A stretch of DNA of 64,000 bases from an uncultured Gemmatimonadales bacterium (GTDB lineage: Bacteria > Gemmatimonadota > Gemmatimonadetes > Gemmatimonadales > GWC2-71-9): the NCBI GenBank assembly GCA_963739455.1, contig CAVUAK010000003.1, positions 384,001 to 448,000 of the forward strand, in the 5' to 3' direction. Below the pieces are notes generated by a model. That model saw only the letters and a list, made by a program, of their open reading frames with translations, was not told the origin of the DNA and made no database searches. Positions 35,056 to 48,971 of the stretch are shown one piece after another. The position numbers and the translations under genes were made by a program. Position 1 is the first letter of the stretch. Each line of letters starts with the position of its first letter.

Positions 35056-35928
35056 TCACGCACTTGGTTCCAGTCGAGCTGCCACCCACGGAACGACGAG
35101 CCCGACAAGGACGCCTGCGATCGCATCCCACGCGTAGTGCATCTGCGTATACACCGTTGCGATGGGCATCAGGACCACTGGCACGAGCAGGATCCAGCCC
35201 AGTGTGCGGTTTCCCTTGAACGTCGCCAGTCCGGCGGCGGTCGCGGCGGCCACGTGCGATGAAGGAAAGGCGGCCCCGAAGGAGCTGCCTGACGCCAGCA
35301 TGGCATACACCAGGTGGGCCGGCAGGTTGTCCACCATGAGCCCAGTCGGGCGCTCGAACACGTAGTACGGACCCGCGACCGGGTAGAGCACGAAGACAAG
35401 CGAGCAGACGCTGAACGTGCACACGACGTTGCGCGTGAATCGCCGGAAGGCAGGCCAGTTTCCGGTCAGCAGGAAGAAGAACGCCGGCACCGCGAGGATC
35501 AGGTAATAGCCGAAGTAGACACCATGCAGCAGCGTCGACCAGAAGGGGCTGGTGTGCCCACGCCACCAGTCGCGGGCTGGCTGCATCCCGAACGCCGCTT
35601 CCTCCCAGCGCCAGCAGCACGTCGTCATGTGCCCTCAGCTGTCCGCCACCGCTCAGCACATCCAGTGCGGCGTAGCTGACCAGCACGAGGATCAGGGGCA
35701 TGACCTCGCGCAGGAGCCGGCCGGCGGCGCCCAGGCCGGGGCGCGTCACCAGCCAGAGCCACACGACGATGAGCAGGTGCGCGAGCGCGACGAACCAGTT
35801 GCCGCGCGTCAGGTCGAGGCGGGTGAGGGCGGTGATGTCACGATCGCCGCATAGGTCGCGAGGAAGATTTCGGCGGCGCGCCACCGCGGGGCGCCACTTT
35901 CCGGCGGCGGGACTAGCGGGGAAGCCAA
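35056..35928 (-). CDS. PAP2_3 / Aur1-like phosphotransferase (frameshifts ~35620, ~35835)
   Basis: YPVAGPYY, FGAAFPSSH, TVYTQMHYAWD; multiple TMs. Confidence 0.8.
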
Positions 35929-36894
35929 CCTGAGTCCTGGTACCACGCCTTGGTGGCCGCGAGGCCACGGTCGAGGTCGTGCTCCGGCGTCCATCCCGTC
36001 TCGGACATCAGCTGCGTGGGATCTCCCGTCCAGCCGGGCGAGAAGAAATCGTGCGCCTTGTCGGCCCGGAGGATCGTCCGGTTGCCGAGGAGTCCGGCCA
36101 CCTGGCCCGCGGCGCCGAGCAGCACTTTCGCCGCGGGCTGGGGAATGGGAATGATGCGCACGTTCGCGGCCCATGAGCTTGCCGATGCGGCCGACGAGGT
36201 CCCTGGTGGTGACGATTTCGGGATGGTTCGTGAAGTAGGAGCGACCCTCGATGCCGGGCGTGCTGCCGATCAGTTCGAGCGACCGCGCCAGGTCGGGCGC
36301 GTACACCATCGACAGTTCCTGGGAACCGTCACCAAAGAGCGGTGCGAGGCCCGATCGCACCAGCTTGAACACCTGCAGGAAGTTGTCGCTGTCGCGCGGG
36401 CCATACACCGCCGGTGGCCGCGCGATGACCCATGGCAGGTGACTCTGGCGCACCACCTGTTCGGCCGCGTGCTTGCTCCGGCCATACATGGTGACCGGCG
36501 CCTCGGGCTGGTCGGCGGTGCGCGGTACGCCGAGCGCCGCCGGTCCCGCCGCGGCGAGCGAACTCACGTGCACGAGCCGGGCATAGGGCGCAAGCTGCTC
36601 CATGGCGCGCACGATGTTGGCCGTGCCGTCGCGGTTGGCCCGGAAGAATTCCGCCTCGTCCTTTGCCGCCACCAGCGCGGCCACGTGGTACACCACATTC
36701 TGCCCGCGGACCGCGTCGCGAATCGCCGCCTCGTCGTGAAGGTCGCCCTTCACCAGGCGGACACCGCGCGCCTCGAGTCCCGCGGCCTTCGCCGGCGAGC
36801 GCACCAGCGCGGTCACGTCATGTCCCGACGCGAGGAGCCGGTCGACGAGATGGCTCCCGACGAATCCGGTACCTCCGGTCACCATCGCCTTCAT
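35913..36894 (-). CDS. NAD-dependent epimerase/dehydratase SDR, CerR-like (frameshift ~36165)
   Basis: TGGTGFVG, VSSLAAAGP, YGRSK, RPPAVYGPRD. Confidence 0.82.
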
Positions 36895-38027
36895 GCGGGG
36901 CGGTCGTACAGGCGGTAGGTCTTGTAGACGCGGAAGTTCATCTTCTCGAGGCCTGCGTTCATCGCGGGGTTGTCCTCCAGGATCCAGCCTGCCTCGCCCC
37001 AGTAGATCTTCTGCTCGCCCGCCTTGGTCCAGATCCAGTGGTAGAGCATCGCGTCGACGCCGCGGCCCCTCCACTCCGGCAGGATGCCAAGCAGGATGAT
37101 GCGGCACCGACGCAGCCGGTGCGTCTTCAGCAGCCAGAACGTCTTCACCAGGAAGCGCACCAGCCCGCCGCTCTTGTTCCCCACCAGCGCGGAGTTGAGG
37201 TCGGGCAGCACGAGGCCGAAGGCGATGATCTTGCCGTCCTTCTCGGCGAACGGCACGAGCTCGGGAATGACGACCGGCTTGAACGCCTTGGCGAGGTGGT
37301 CGATCTCGTGGTCGGTCATGGGGATGAATCCCCAGTTCTTCTCCCACGCCGCGTTGTAGATCTCCTTGATCCGCTCCACCTCGGCGGGGAAGTCCTTCAT
37401 GTCCAGCGCGCGGAGGGTGATGCCCTGCCGCTTCTGGATGAGCTCCGTGCCGCGCGCCAGTCGCTCAGGGACCGGCACGTACTGCTCCATCGCGCCGCCC
37501 TGGTATACCAGCAGGTCCTTCGCCTTGACGAAGCCCGCCGCCTCGGTGAGCGCGCACGTAGTAGGGCGGGTTGTGCGGCATCAGCAGGGTGGGGGGCGTG
37601 TCGAAGCCATCGATCAGGAGGCCACACTGGTCGTTGGTGGAGAACGACGCCGGCCCGCGCATCACGTCGAGCTTTCGCGCGCGGAGCCACGCCGCGGCGG
37701 TGGCGAAGAGGGCATCGGCCACCGACTGGTCGTCGATGCAGTCGAACCAGCCGTAGAAGCCCACGCGGTCGCCGTGGGTCTCGTTGTGCAGCCGGTTCTC
37801 GATGGCGGCAATCCGGCCGACGACCGTGCCACTGCGCTCCGCGAGGAAGTACTCCGCCTCGGCGTGCTCGAAGAAGGGGTTCTTCTTGCCGGTCGAGCGT
37901 CATGTCGATGTCGAAGCCGGAGTGGCGGAACCCAGACGGGATCGCCGGCGAACAGCTGGTAGGGAAGGTCGATGAACCACTTCAGGTCCCGGCGCGAGCG
38001 CACCGGGCGGACGGTAACCTGCGTCAG
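36891..38027 (-). CDS. YghO-like GNAT acyltransferase, bacterial ceramide synthase-like (frameshifts ~37555 and ~37890-37915)
   Basis: [54 protein letters not shown]. Confidence 0.8.
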
Positions 38028-39236
38028 ATGACGCCCAGCTCGCGGCCGATGCGCCCGAACTGCTCCAGACAGAAGTCGATCTGGTCGAAGGTGTGGGTGG
38101 CCATGACGCTGGTGCGGAGGCGGCACTGCGACGGCGGCACCGCCGGCGGGGCCACCGGGTTGGTGAATACACCGGCGTCGAACAGCTGCCGCCACATGAT
38201 GAAGGTCTTCTCCAGCGGGCCGATCAGCACCGGCAGGATCGGCGTTTCCGACGGCCCGATGTCGAAGCCGAGCTGGCGGAAGCCGGCCTGGAGCCGGTTG
38301 GTGTTGGCCCAGAGGCTCTCGCGCCGCTCCGGCTCCGACTGCAGCACCTCGAGCGCCGCGAGCACGCCGGCGGTGTTGGCGGGCGGCAGCGACGCGGTGA
38401 AGATGAGCGGGCGGCTGTGGTGCCGCAGGTAGTGGATGACGCTCTCGGATGACGCCACGAAGCCGCCGATCGACGCCAGCGACTTGGAGAAGGTGCCGGC
38501 GATGATGTCGACTTCGTCGGTGAGCCCGAAGTGGGCCGCGGTGCCCTGGCCATTGGGCCCGAGCACGCCGATCGAGTGCGCGTCGTCCACGGCCAGCGCC
38601 GCGCCATGCTTGTGCGCGATGCGCACGAGGTTCGGGACGTCCGCGATGTCGCCTTCCATCGAGTAGACGCCGTCCACCACGATCATCGTGCCGCGACCTG
38701 CCTTGTCGCGCTCGCGCTCCAGCTTCCGCTCCAGCCCGGCCAGGTCGCCATGGTTGAAGCGCTCCGTCTCGCCGTAGCTCATCTTGGCGCCGTCGACGAC
38801 CGACGCATGATCGAGCTTGTCGAGCAGCACCACCTCGCCGCGACCGATCAGCCCGGAGATGAGGCCGAGGTTGGCCTGGTAGCCGGTGGAGAAGATGAGG
38901 CACGCTTCCTTGCCCAGGAACGTGGCAAGGTTGTGTTCCAGCTTTTCGTGGAGGTCCAGGGTGCCGTTCAGGAACCGGCTGCCGGTGCAGCCCGGAGCCG
39001 TACTGGTGCAGCGCCTTCTGGGCCGCTTCGAGGACCTTCGGATGGTGCGTGAGGCCGAGATAGTTGTTCGAGCCCAGCATGATGCGCCGCTTGCCCTCGA
39101 TGATGACGACAGTGTCCTCGGACTCTGAGATCGGCTTGAAGTACGGGTATAGACCCGCAGCCTGGATTTCGCGTGCCTTGGTGAACTGCCGGCACTTCTC
39201 GAAGAGGGACACCTGATGCACTATTTCTGCGTCCAC
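38024..39236 (-). CDS. spt: Serine palmitoyltransferase (alpha-oxoamine synthase; frameshift ~38995)
   Basis: [37 protein letters not shown]. Confidence 0.8.
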
Positions 39237-39324
39237 GGCGCCTCGCGACTGCGGATGAAACGCCCGGTTGCTCGATGGGCGGTATGGCCTTGCAAACTAA
39301 CGAGTTGTAGCGGAAGTTCAATCC

Positions 39325-39826
39325 ATGTCACACACGCCCAATGAGCCGCGCCGCGAATTCCTGAAGCAGGGTCTGGCCGTGGGCCTGACCGTCGCCGCGG
39401 GGCAGGCGTTTCGGCCAGGACGTCTCGTCGGGCAGGCCCTCGATCCCGACCCGGAAGTGCCCAACGAGCAGGTGGCGCAGATCCTCAAGGACCTCTTCGG
39501 CGACCGACCCATCCGTCGCGGCCAGGTGCTCCTCGACATGCCGGTCGTGGCAGAGGATGGTCGGGTGGTGCCGGTCATCATCGAGGCGCCCGACCTGCCG
39601 ATGACCGCGGACGAACTATGTGAAGGCGGTGCACCTCATCGTCGATCACAATCCTGATCCGCACCTGGCGGCGTTCGACGTCACCCCGGCCATGGGCAAG
39701 CTCTCGCTCCAGTTCCGCATCAAGATGAAGCGGACCACCTGGGTGCGTGCCATCGTCGAGACGAACACCGGCGACGTGTGGGCCGACTATGCCCGGGTCA
39801 ACGTGTCGCTGAACGGGTGCGGCTGA
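39325..39826 (+). CDS. soxY: SoxY-like carrier (frameshift ~39618)
   Basis: Tat motif RREFLK, AEDGRVVPV, VDHNPDP, RIKM, C-terminal NGCG. Confidence 0.8.
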
Positions 39827-40159
39827 TGACCATCGGCGAAGCGCGCATCCGCGTTCCCAGCGAAGATCCAGCAGGGCGACATCATTTCGGTGAGCGCCAT
39901 CGTGCAGCACCCGATGGACACCGGCTTCTTCCGCTCGGCCGATGGCCAGCCGATCCCGGCGTATTTCATCAAGGACGTGACGGTCGTGTATGCCGGGTCG
40001 CAGGTGGCGCACTTCATCTGGACCTCCGGCATCAGTCGCGATCCCGTGGTGACGTTCCCGCTCATCGCCGATCGTGAAGGACCGCTCACGATCCGCTGGG
40101 TCGACAACAAGGGTGCCGTGTTCGAGCAGACGGCGCAGATCGCGTTCAGCACCACCTGA
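39826..40159 (+). CDS. soxZ: SoxZ-like carrier (frameshift ~39860)
   Basis: HPMDTG, IPAYFI, ISRDP, WVDNKG. Confidence 0.82.
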
Positions 40160-41158
40160 CGCTCCGACTCACCTTCCTGCTCGCGGCGACGCTCGTCTCT
40201 GTGCCTGCCAGCGCCCAGGTCAAGCCGCGCTACAACGCCTTCACGCGAACCACGTCGACGACCGTCTATCCGCTGCGCGAGCTCGCACCCGGCGTTTTCG
40301 TGGTGTCCGGAGACTCCGGCAAGGGCGTCGAGGGTCGGCCCAATGCCGGGTTCGTCGTGTCGCCAGGAGGCGTCCTGGTGATCGGAGGCCTGGCCAGTCC
40401 GGTGCAGGGCGACGCCGTGCTGCGCACCATCCGCACCCGCACCCCCCTCCCCATCGGGTGGTTCGTCCTGTACGCGCATCACCCCGACATGCAGTTCGGC
40501 GCCATCGCGATGAAGCGAGCTGGCGCCATCATCATTGCCCATCCCGATGCCAACATCCTCGCCTCCGAGGGCGGGCCCGACCAGATGGTGGCAGACTGGG
40601 ACCAGGTGGTGGGGCTGCAGGAGATGCTCGGGTTCGAGTTCGCCAATGTTCCCGATCGCCCGGTTACCGCGGCCGACACGCTGCGGCTGGGCGCCCGGCG
40701 GGTGGTCGTCTGGCACCCCGGCGCCGCGCATTCGCCGGGAGACCTGATGCTCTGGCTGCCCGACGACGGGATTCTCTTCGCCGGCGACGTGCTGGTGGAG
40801 GATGGCGTGACGATGGTGATCGACGGAAGCTCCATTGCGCTGCTGCGCGTGCTCGATGCCATCGAGCAGCTCCAGCCGCGGGTCATCGTTCCGGGGCATG
40901 GTCGCATCGTCACCAATCCCCAGGCACTCATCGATTCGACCCGCAGCTACATCACGGCCCTGCGCGCGGAAATGCGCGCGGCGGTCGAGGGTGGGGTGCC
41001 GATGCGCCGCGCGATGGCGCTCACTGCCTCCCGCCGACGAGGATCGCCCGGTGTCGCTGAATAGCCGGCTGCGGCGCAATGCCAATCGTGTCTACGTTGA
41101 AATGGAGCGCGAGGTCATGGGACTCGGCACCGACCAGGCGCCGGAGGAAGGAAAGTGA
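40156..41158 (+). CDS. Secreted SoxH-like metallo-beta-lactamase-fold protein (frameshift ~41025; start uncertain)
   Basis: NAGFVV, HHPDM, AHSPGD, FAGDV, VPGHG; signal peptide read from CTG at 40156. Confidence 0.78.
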
Positions 41159-42303
41159 ACCGGCGACGCGCGCTCCTGGTCGCGACCGCCCTTGCCTGGC
41201 TTCCTGCCGGGGCCTCGGCACAGCAGGCTGCAACCGTGCCCCAGCTTCTTTCCACTGATTCACTGGCGGCATGGCAGGAGCGCGGCGTGCCGCTGCGGCT
41301 GCTCGACGTGCGCCTCGACGTGTGGACCTACCTGAAGGGTCACCTGCCCGGGGCGCAGTACCTCAACATCGAGACGCTGCGTGCCAGCAAGGGCGGTGTC
41401 CCGGTGCAGCTGCTCGATGCGCCGTGGTACCGCGAGCTGTTCAAGCGCCTGGGACTCGATCCCGCCGTGCCGGTCGTGGTGTACAGCACGGGCGAAACAC
41501 TGAACATCGACGCGACATTCGCCGTCTGGATACTCGCGTCCATGGGGCACCCCAGGGTGTATCTCCTCGATGGCGGCTCGTCCAAGTGGAGTCTCGAGGG
41601 AAGGGAGATCGCGCGACGGTATCCCGATGTCGAGCCGGCCGGGCGCTGGTGGAACTCGCGATCCTTCCGGCCGGCCGTGGCGACGATTGCCGATGTGCAG
41701 CACGGCTTCGAGACTGGCGTGCTGCTCGTCGACGCCCGTCCCCATGAACAGTACGTGGGGGACGCAGGCTCCCAGATGCGACAGGGACACCTTCCCGGTG
41801 CCGTCAACCACTACTGGCAGGATGACCTCGAGACCGTTGGGTTCGGCCGGGTCTTTCGTTCCGTGGACAGCCTGCGTGCCCGATACGTCGCCGAGGGGAT
41901 CGTGCCCGAACGGGACATCATCCTCTACTGCAACAGTGCGACCGAGGCGAGTCACGTGTATTTCGTGCTCACGTACCTCCTCGGCTTTCCGCGCGTGCGC
42001 ATCTACGCTGGATCCTGGACGGAGTGGGCCGAGCGTGAAGAGCTGCCGGTCGAACGCGGGATGGGGCCCGGGAGGAGCCAAATCCCTCCGCGCCCAATAG
42101 CTGACGGTTGCGCCCGCCCCGATAGTCCCGTAGCCTTGTTACATACCATTACTGTCACACCACGTGACGACTTTGCTGTCGTGCGGCGGTTCCCGAGCCC
42201 CCGGGCGGGACCGGGGAGCCCTGCACAAGGCATTCACGTCGGCCAGAGGCCTGCCGCGAGCAGGCCTCTGGCGCATTTGAGGTCTAACATATGGGTCGAT
42301 TGA
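41155..42303 (+). CDS. Tandem-domain rhodanese/sulfurtransferase with signal peptide (true end may be ~42100)
   Basis: GHLPGA twice, LDGG, YCNSA, YAGSWTEW. Confidence 0.85.
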   Translation: MNRRRALLVATALAWLPAGASAQQAATVPQLLSTDSLAAWQERGVPLRLLDVRLDVWTYLKGHLPGAQYLNIETLRASKGGVPVQLLDAPWYRELFKRLGLDPAVPVVVYSTGETLNIDATFAVWILASMGHPRVYLLDGGSSKWSLEGREIARRYPDVEPAGRWWNSRSFRPAVATIADVQHGFETGVLLVDARPHEQYVGDAGSQMRQGHLPGAVNHYWQDDLETVGFGRVFRSVDSLRARYVAEGIVPERDIILYCNSATEASHVYFVLTYLLGFPRVRIYAGSWTEWAEREELPVERGMGPGRSQIPPRPIADGCARPDSPVALLHTITVTPRDDFAVVRRFPSPRAGPGSPAQGIHVGQRPAASRPLAHLRSNIWVD

Positions 42304-42372
42304 CCCATGGTCGCCCCGGAGGTTCTGTGGCAGCTCATAGTGCGGAGCATGGTGCTGAGGGGGCCGGGGCGA

Positions 42373-42971
42373 TGAGCGGCGTCCGGCAGGCGCAGCTCGA
42401 CATCCTGGCGCAGGGGCTGGATGCCCTGGCGATGCCAATCGCCGTGGTGCACCTGAATCGGACCCTCCTGTCTGAGAACGCCGCGTTCCACGACGCCTTC
42501 CCGGCCACTGCCTCCGCCGACCTGATCACGGATGCCTGGGGGCGCCTGGGCGAGCTGGTCAAGAACGAACAGGGCGAGCTGGTGCGGGTGCCCCGGGCAG
42601 GCGAGAGCGCCGTTCGCGGCAGCAAGCGGGTCCGTCTCCAGCCGATCACCCTCGAAGGCATGACCGAGCCCGAGTGGTTCGTGCTGGTGGTCGAGCGGCG
42701 TGCGGCCCGTCGCCTCACGTCGGACAACGTCCAGCAGCGGTTTGGGCTGAGCCCGCGGCAGGCCGAGGTGGCACTGCTGCTGGCCCAGGGACACACCACC
42801 GCCGACATCGCGCGTATGTTGGAGCTGACGACGCATACGGTCCGTCACCATGCCGAGCAGGTGCTGCACCGCCTCAACGTGCGTACCCGCCAGCAGGCCA
42901 TGGTGCGGCTGCGGGACGGCACCGCCAAGGGGCCCAAGGCTCGCCCGAGCGGGGGGTTCTCCCGGCCCTAA
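42373..42971 (+). CDS. PAS-like plus LuxR-type HTH regulator
   Basis: FGLSPRQAEVA..GHTTADIA..TVRHH..RLNV. Confidence 0.82.
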
Positions 42972-42977
42972 AGCCGG

Positions 42978-43004
42978 TGCAACCCGGCGGGGGTCCGGTG
43001 CGTA
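42978..43004 (+). promoter_or_regulatory. Putative ECF-sigma promoter
   Basis: TGCAAC-N17-CGTA. Confidence 0.5.
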
Positions 43005-43044
43005 TGAGGTGGCAGGCTCCAACCCCCCTTTTCCGAGAGTGGAC

Positions 43045-45843
<2,799 letters not shown>

Positions 45844-45897
45844 GCAGGGCGCCTTCTCGCACGACTATCTTACCCGGCGACCCCTCCGGAGAAGCTG

Positions 45898-47419
45898 GTG
45901 ACACGAGACCGCCTGATCGCGCTGTGCATCCTGTTGGCTGTGGCCGGCTGCAGGCACCAGAAGCTGGAAATTCCTGAGGCGGAGGTGAGCGTTGACGACT
46001 TGCCGGCACCGGAGGAAACGCAGCCCAACTCGTACGTCAGCGCCCCGATCGTCTTCGACTATCGCTCGCTGATCGACCAGATCGAGCAGCGCATCCCGCG
46101 CGTCATCGGGAGCGTCGACAAGGACAAGCGCAAGCTGGTGGTGAAGAGCCCCAAGGTGTGGGTGGCCGCCGAACTGACGCGGTCACCCCTGGAGTTCAGC
46201 TTCAAGGACAACACCGTCACCGTATCGGCGGCGTTCCAGTACCGGGCCAACGCCTGGGCCAAGCCCTTCCTCGTGGTCATCCCGGTATCGTGCGGCATGG
46301 GCGAGGAGAAGCCGCGGCTGCGGCTCACGGTCAGCTCCACCTACGATATCTCGCCCAACTGGCATCTCCAGACAAAGAGTCACCTGGTGAAGTTCGAGCG
46401 CCCCACCACCACGGAGCGCGACCAGTGTGAGATCACCTTCCTCAAGATCGACGTCACCGAGAAGATCATCGACGGGGTGAAGGGTGCCCTGGAGGGTGAA
46501 CTCGCCAAGATGGACTCGAGCATCGCGAAGATCAGCATCCGGAAGCCGGTGGACGAGCTCTGGGGCAAGTTGCAGACGACCAATCTCGATCGCCAAGGGC
46601 CAGCTCTGGTTTCGCATCCGGCCGCAGGAAGTCGCACTCGGCCCGATCACCGCTACTGATTCGACGCTGACGGCGAGGCTCGACCTGCAGGCCAAGCCAC
46701 GCATTCGCGCCGGCGAGCGTCCTCCCGATGATACCGTCCCGCTCCCGCAGCTGGGCCGGACGGAGGCCGTCGTCGACACCGCCGACGTGTCTCATGGAGG
46801 GAACGCTCTACTACGCAGCGGCCAACAAGCTCCTGGAGAAGGCGGCCACTGGAAAGTCCGTCGGCAGCGGCTGGAAGCGAGTGAAGATCGAGCACATCGT
46901 CGCGCGGCCGGCTGGCATGGGGAAGATCTTGTTGGGCGTCACGATCTCCGGCGCTGCCAATGGCACGGTGTACGTGGTGGGCACGCCGAGTCTACGACTC
47001 GGTGACGAAGCTGATCACGGTGCCCGACCTCACCTTCGACGTGAGGTCACGCGGCTACCTGGAGAAGGCCGCCGGCTGGCTCGTCAACGGCCCCTTGCTG
47101 GACGAAGTGCGCCAGGAAGCCAAGCTTCCCGTCGAGGCCTTGCTGACGGAGGTGGTGCAGACTCGTGAACAAGGAGATCAACCGGCCCCTGGCCGAGGGG
47201 ATCTATTTGAGGGGTGCGGTGAGCGATGCCCAGGCGCTGAGTGTGCGGGCCGTGCAGCGTGGCGTACTCGTCGATGCGAAGGGGCTCGGCCGAATCTGGC
47301 TCGAGATCGAGAAGAAGGATCTTCTGCCGAAGAAGCCGCTGATCAAGAGGAAGGCGACCAAGCCACCGCCGCCGGCGGGCAAGGACAAGCCGGCGGAGAG
47401 CAAGGACGCGAAGAAGTAG
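45898..47419 (+). CDS. DUF4403-like lipoprotein (frameshifts ~46575, ~46790, ~46990, ~47160)
   Basis: Lipobox VAGC, CGMGEEKPR, GTVYVVGTP. Confidence 0.65.
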
Positions 47420-47422
47420 GGC

Positions 47423-47704
47423 CTAGCCTGGCAGGGCGGAGGGACACTCGATACGCAGGACGGTGCCCTTCCGCGTCCAGACCAGTTCCACGCAGGCCTG
47501 GCCATTCTGCTCGACAGGTCGCTCGATGACATCGGCGGTCTGGAAGAACTCGCCGATACTCGTGCGCCCGTCCCCGTTCCAGTCCATGTCACGCCACGTA
47601 TAGCGGGTCCGCAGCACGGCTGCGGCAAGCCAGCCATAGTAGACAACGGCCAGAATGGCCGGCATCCCGAAGATGAGGAACAGGGCCCGTCGGGCCTCGG
47701 TCAT
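47423..47704 (-). CDS. Small membrane protein with EF-hand-like loop
   Basis: TM followed by DWNGDGRTSIGE. Confidence 0.65.
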   Translation of the reverse strand: MTEARRALFLIFGMPAILAVVYYGWLAAAVLRTRYTWRDMDWNGDGRTSIGEFFQTADVIERPVEQNGQACVELVWTRKGTVLRIECPSALPG

Positions 47705-48273
47705 GCGCCGGCCCCGGCCGGCCGGAGCCGATGCGCGAACTTCTGCCGGAGCTTCGCCACTTTCGGGGCGATGACGACCTGGCAGTACCCGGCGTTCTGG
47801 TTCCGCTGGAAGTACTGCTGGTGATACAGCTCGGCGGGGTAGAACCGCGGCGCCGGTTCGATCTGGGTCACGATTGTGCTGCCCCAGATGCCCTCGCCGT
47901 TCAGTTCCTTGACGAGTGCCTCAGCGGTGTTCTTCTGGGCCTCGCTCTCGTAGTAGATGACCGACCGGTACTGGGTACCGACATCGGCGCCCTGCCGGTT
48001 GAGCGTGGTCGGGTCGTGCATCGCAAAGAAGACGATGAGCAGGTCACGGTAGGAAATGACCGCCGGGTCGAATTCCACCTGCACCACCTCGGCATGCCCC
48101 GTCGTTCCACTGCACACCTGTTCGTAGCTTGGGCTGGGCAGCTTTCCGCCGGCATATCCCGATACCACCTTCGACACCCCTTCCAGCCGCTCGAGCACTG
48201 CTTCAATGCACCAGAAACAGCCGCCGCCGAGGACCGCCGTTTCCGTGATGTGATCTGTCATGTCCATCTCCAT
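47701..48273 (-). CDS. msrA: Peptide-methionine (S)-S-oxide reductase
   Basis: GGCFWC, TTGHAE, HDPT, QGADVGTQYRS. Confidence 0.95.
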   Translation of the reverse strand: MEMDMTDHITETAVLGGGCFWCIEAVLERLEGVSKVVSGYAGGKLPSPSYEQVCSGTTGHAEVVQVEFDPAVISYRDLLIVFFAMHDPTTLNRQGADVGTQYRSVIYYESEAQKNTAEALVKELNGEGIWGSTIVTQIEPAPRFYPAELYHQQYFQRNQNAGYCQVVIAPKVAKLRQKFAHRLRPAGAGA

Positions 48274-48413
48274 TTCAATTCTGTTCAATCCTGCCCTGCT
48301 GCCTGGCTACTTGCCGACCCGCACGATCCGGAGCCGCTCGAGCATCCGGATCGTGAAAACGATCTCTGGGCCGTCGTGGATCCGTCCCCGTAGTTCCACC
48401 TGGGCTGAACGGG

Positions 48414-48953
48414 TCACGGATCGAGGCGGGTCTCGCCCAGTTCACGGATCTGGCAGGCATGCCGGGACTCGTGCAGGCCCACGAACACGAGCCACTGGTA
48501 CAAATCGAGTGTGCCGTACGCGGGGTGCGGGAAACTGAAGTTCCCCAATGCGAGACCGTCGGCTTCCCGCAGGGAGTTGCGGAGCGTGGCCCGCGAGGCC
48601 TCGAGGCCGGCCAGGGCATCGGCCAGGGAAAGGTCGGTTCGCGGCTGCACGATGGCCGGTGCCACGGCGCGGCGATCGCGGTTCGCCATTCTCGAATGGT
48701 CGAGGCGATGCAGCACCGAGTCGGTGTCGGTTTCCTTCACCCGGGCCTCGGCCGGCAGCCGGGACACCGTTACGTGCAGGAGCTTCGACACCGAGGTCTC
48801 GGTCAGGCGCAGGTGGTCCACGATCGATGCGACGGACCACGACCCCGGCGGGACGATGGCGTGCTCCGGTTCATCCAAGCTGGCGACGGCGTCAAGGACC
48901 TCGGCGCGGCGCTCAGCGAGGAAGCCATCGATTTCCTGCAGGCGTGGATGCAT
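48414..48953 (-). CDS. DinB/YfiT superfamily protein
   Basis: WSVASIVDHL, HPAYG, HESRH. Confidence 0.8.
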   Translation of the reverse strand: MHPRLQEIDGFLAERRAEVLDAVASLDEPEHAIVPPGSWSVASIVDHLRLTETSVSKLLHVTVSRLPAEARVKETDTDSVLHRLDHSRMANRDRRAVAPAIVQPRTDLSLADALAGLEASRATLRNSLREADGLALGNFSFPHPAYGTLDLYQWLVFVGLHESRHACQIRELGETRLDP

Positions 48954-48971
48954 GCGAGCTCCGGAGATACC

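Noticed and set aside
38024..39236. Annotation as bioF or kbl
   Set aside because: The motifs and the neighbouring GNAT, SDR and PAP2 genes favour SPT, and no bio or tdh genes are adjacent.
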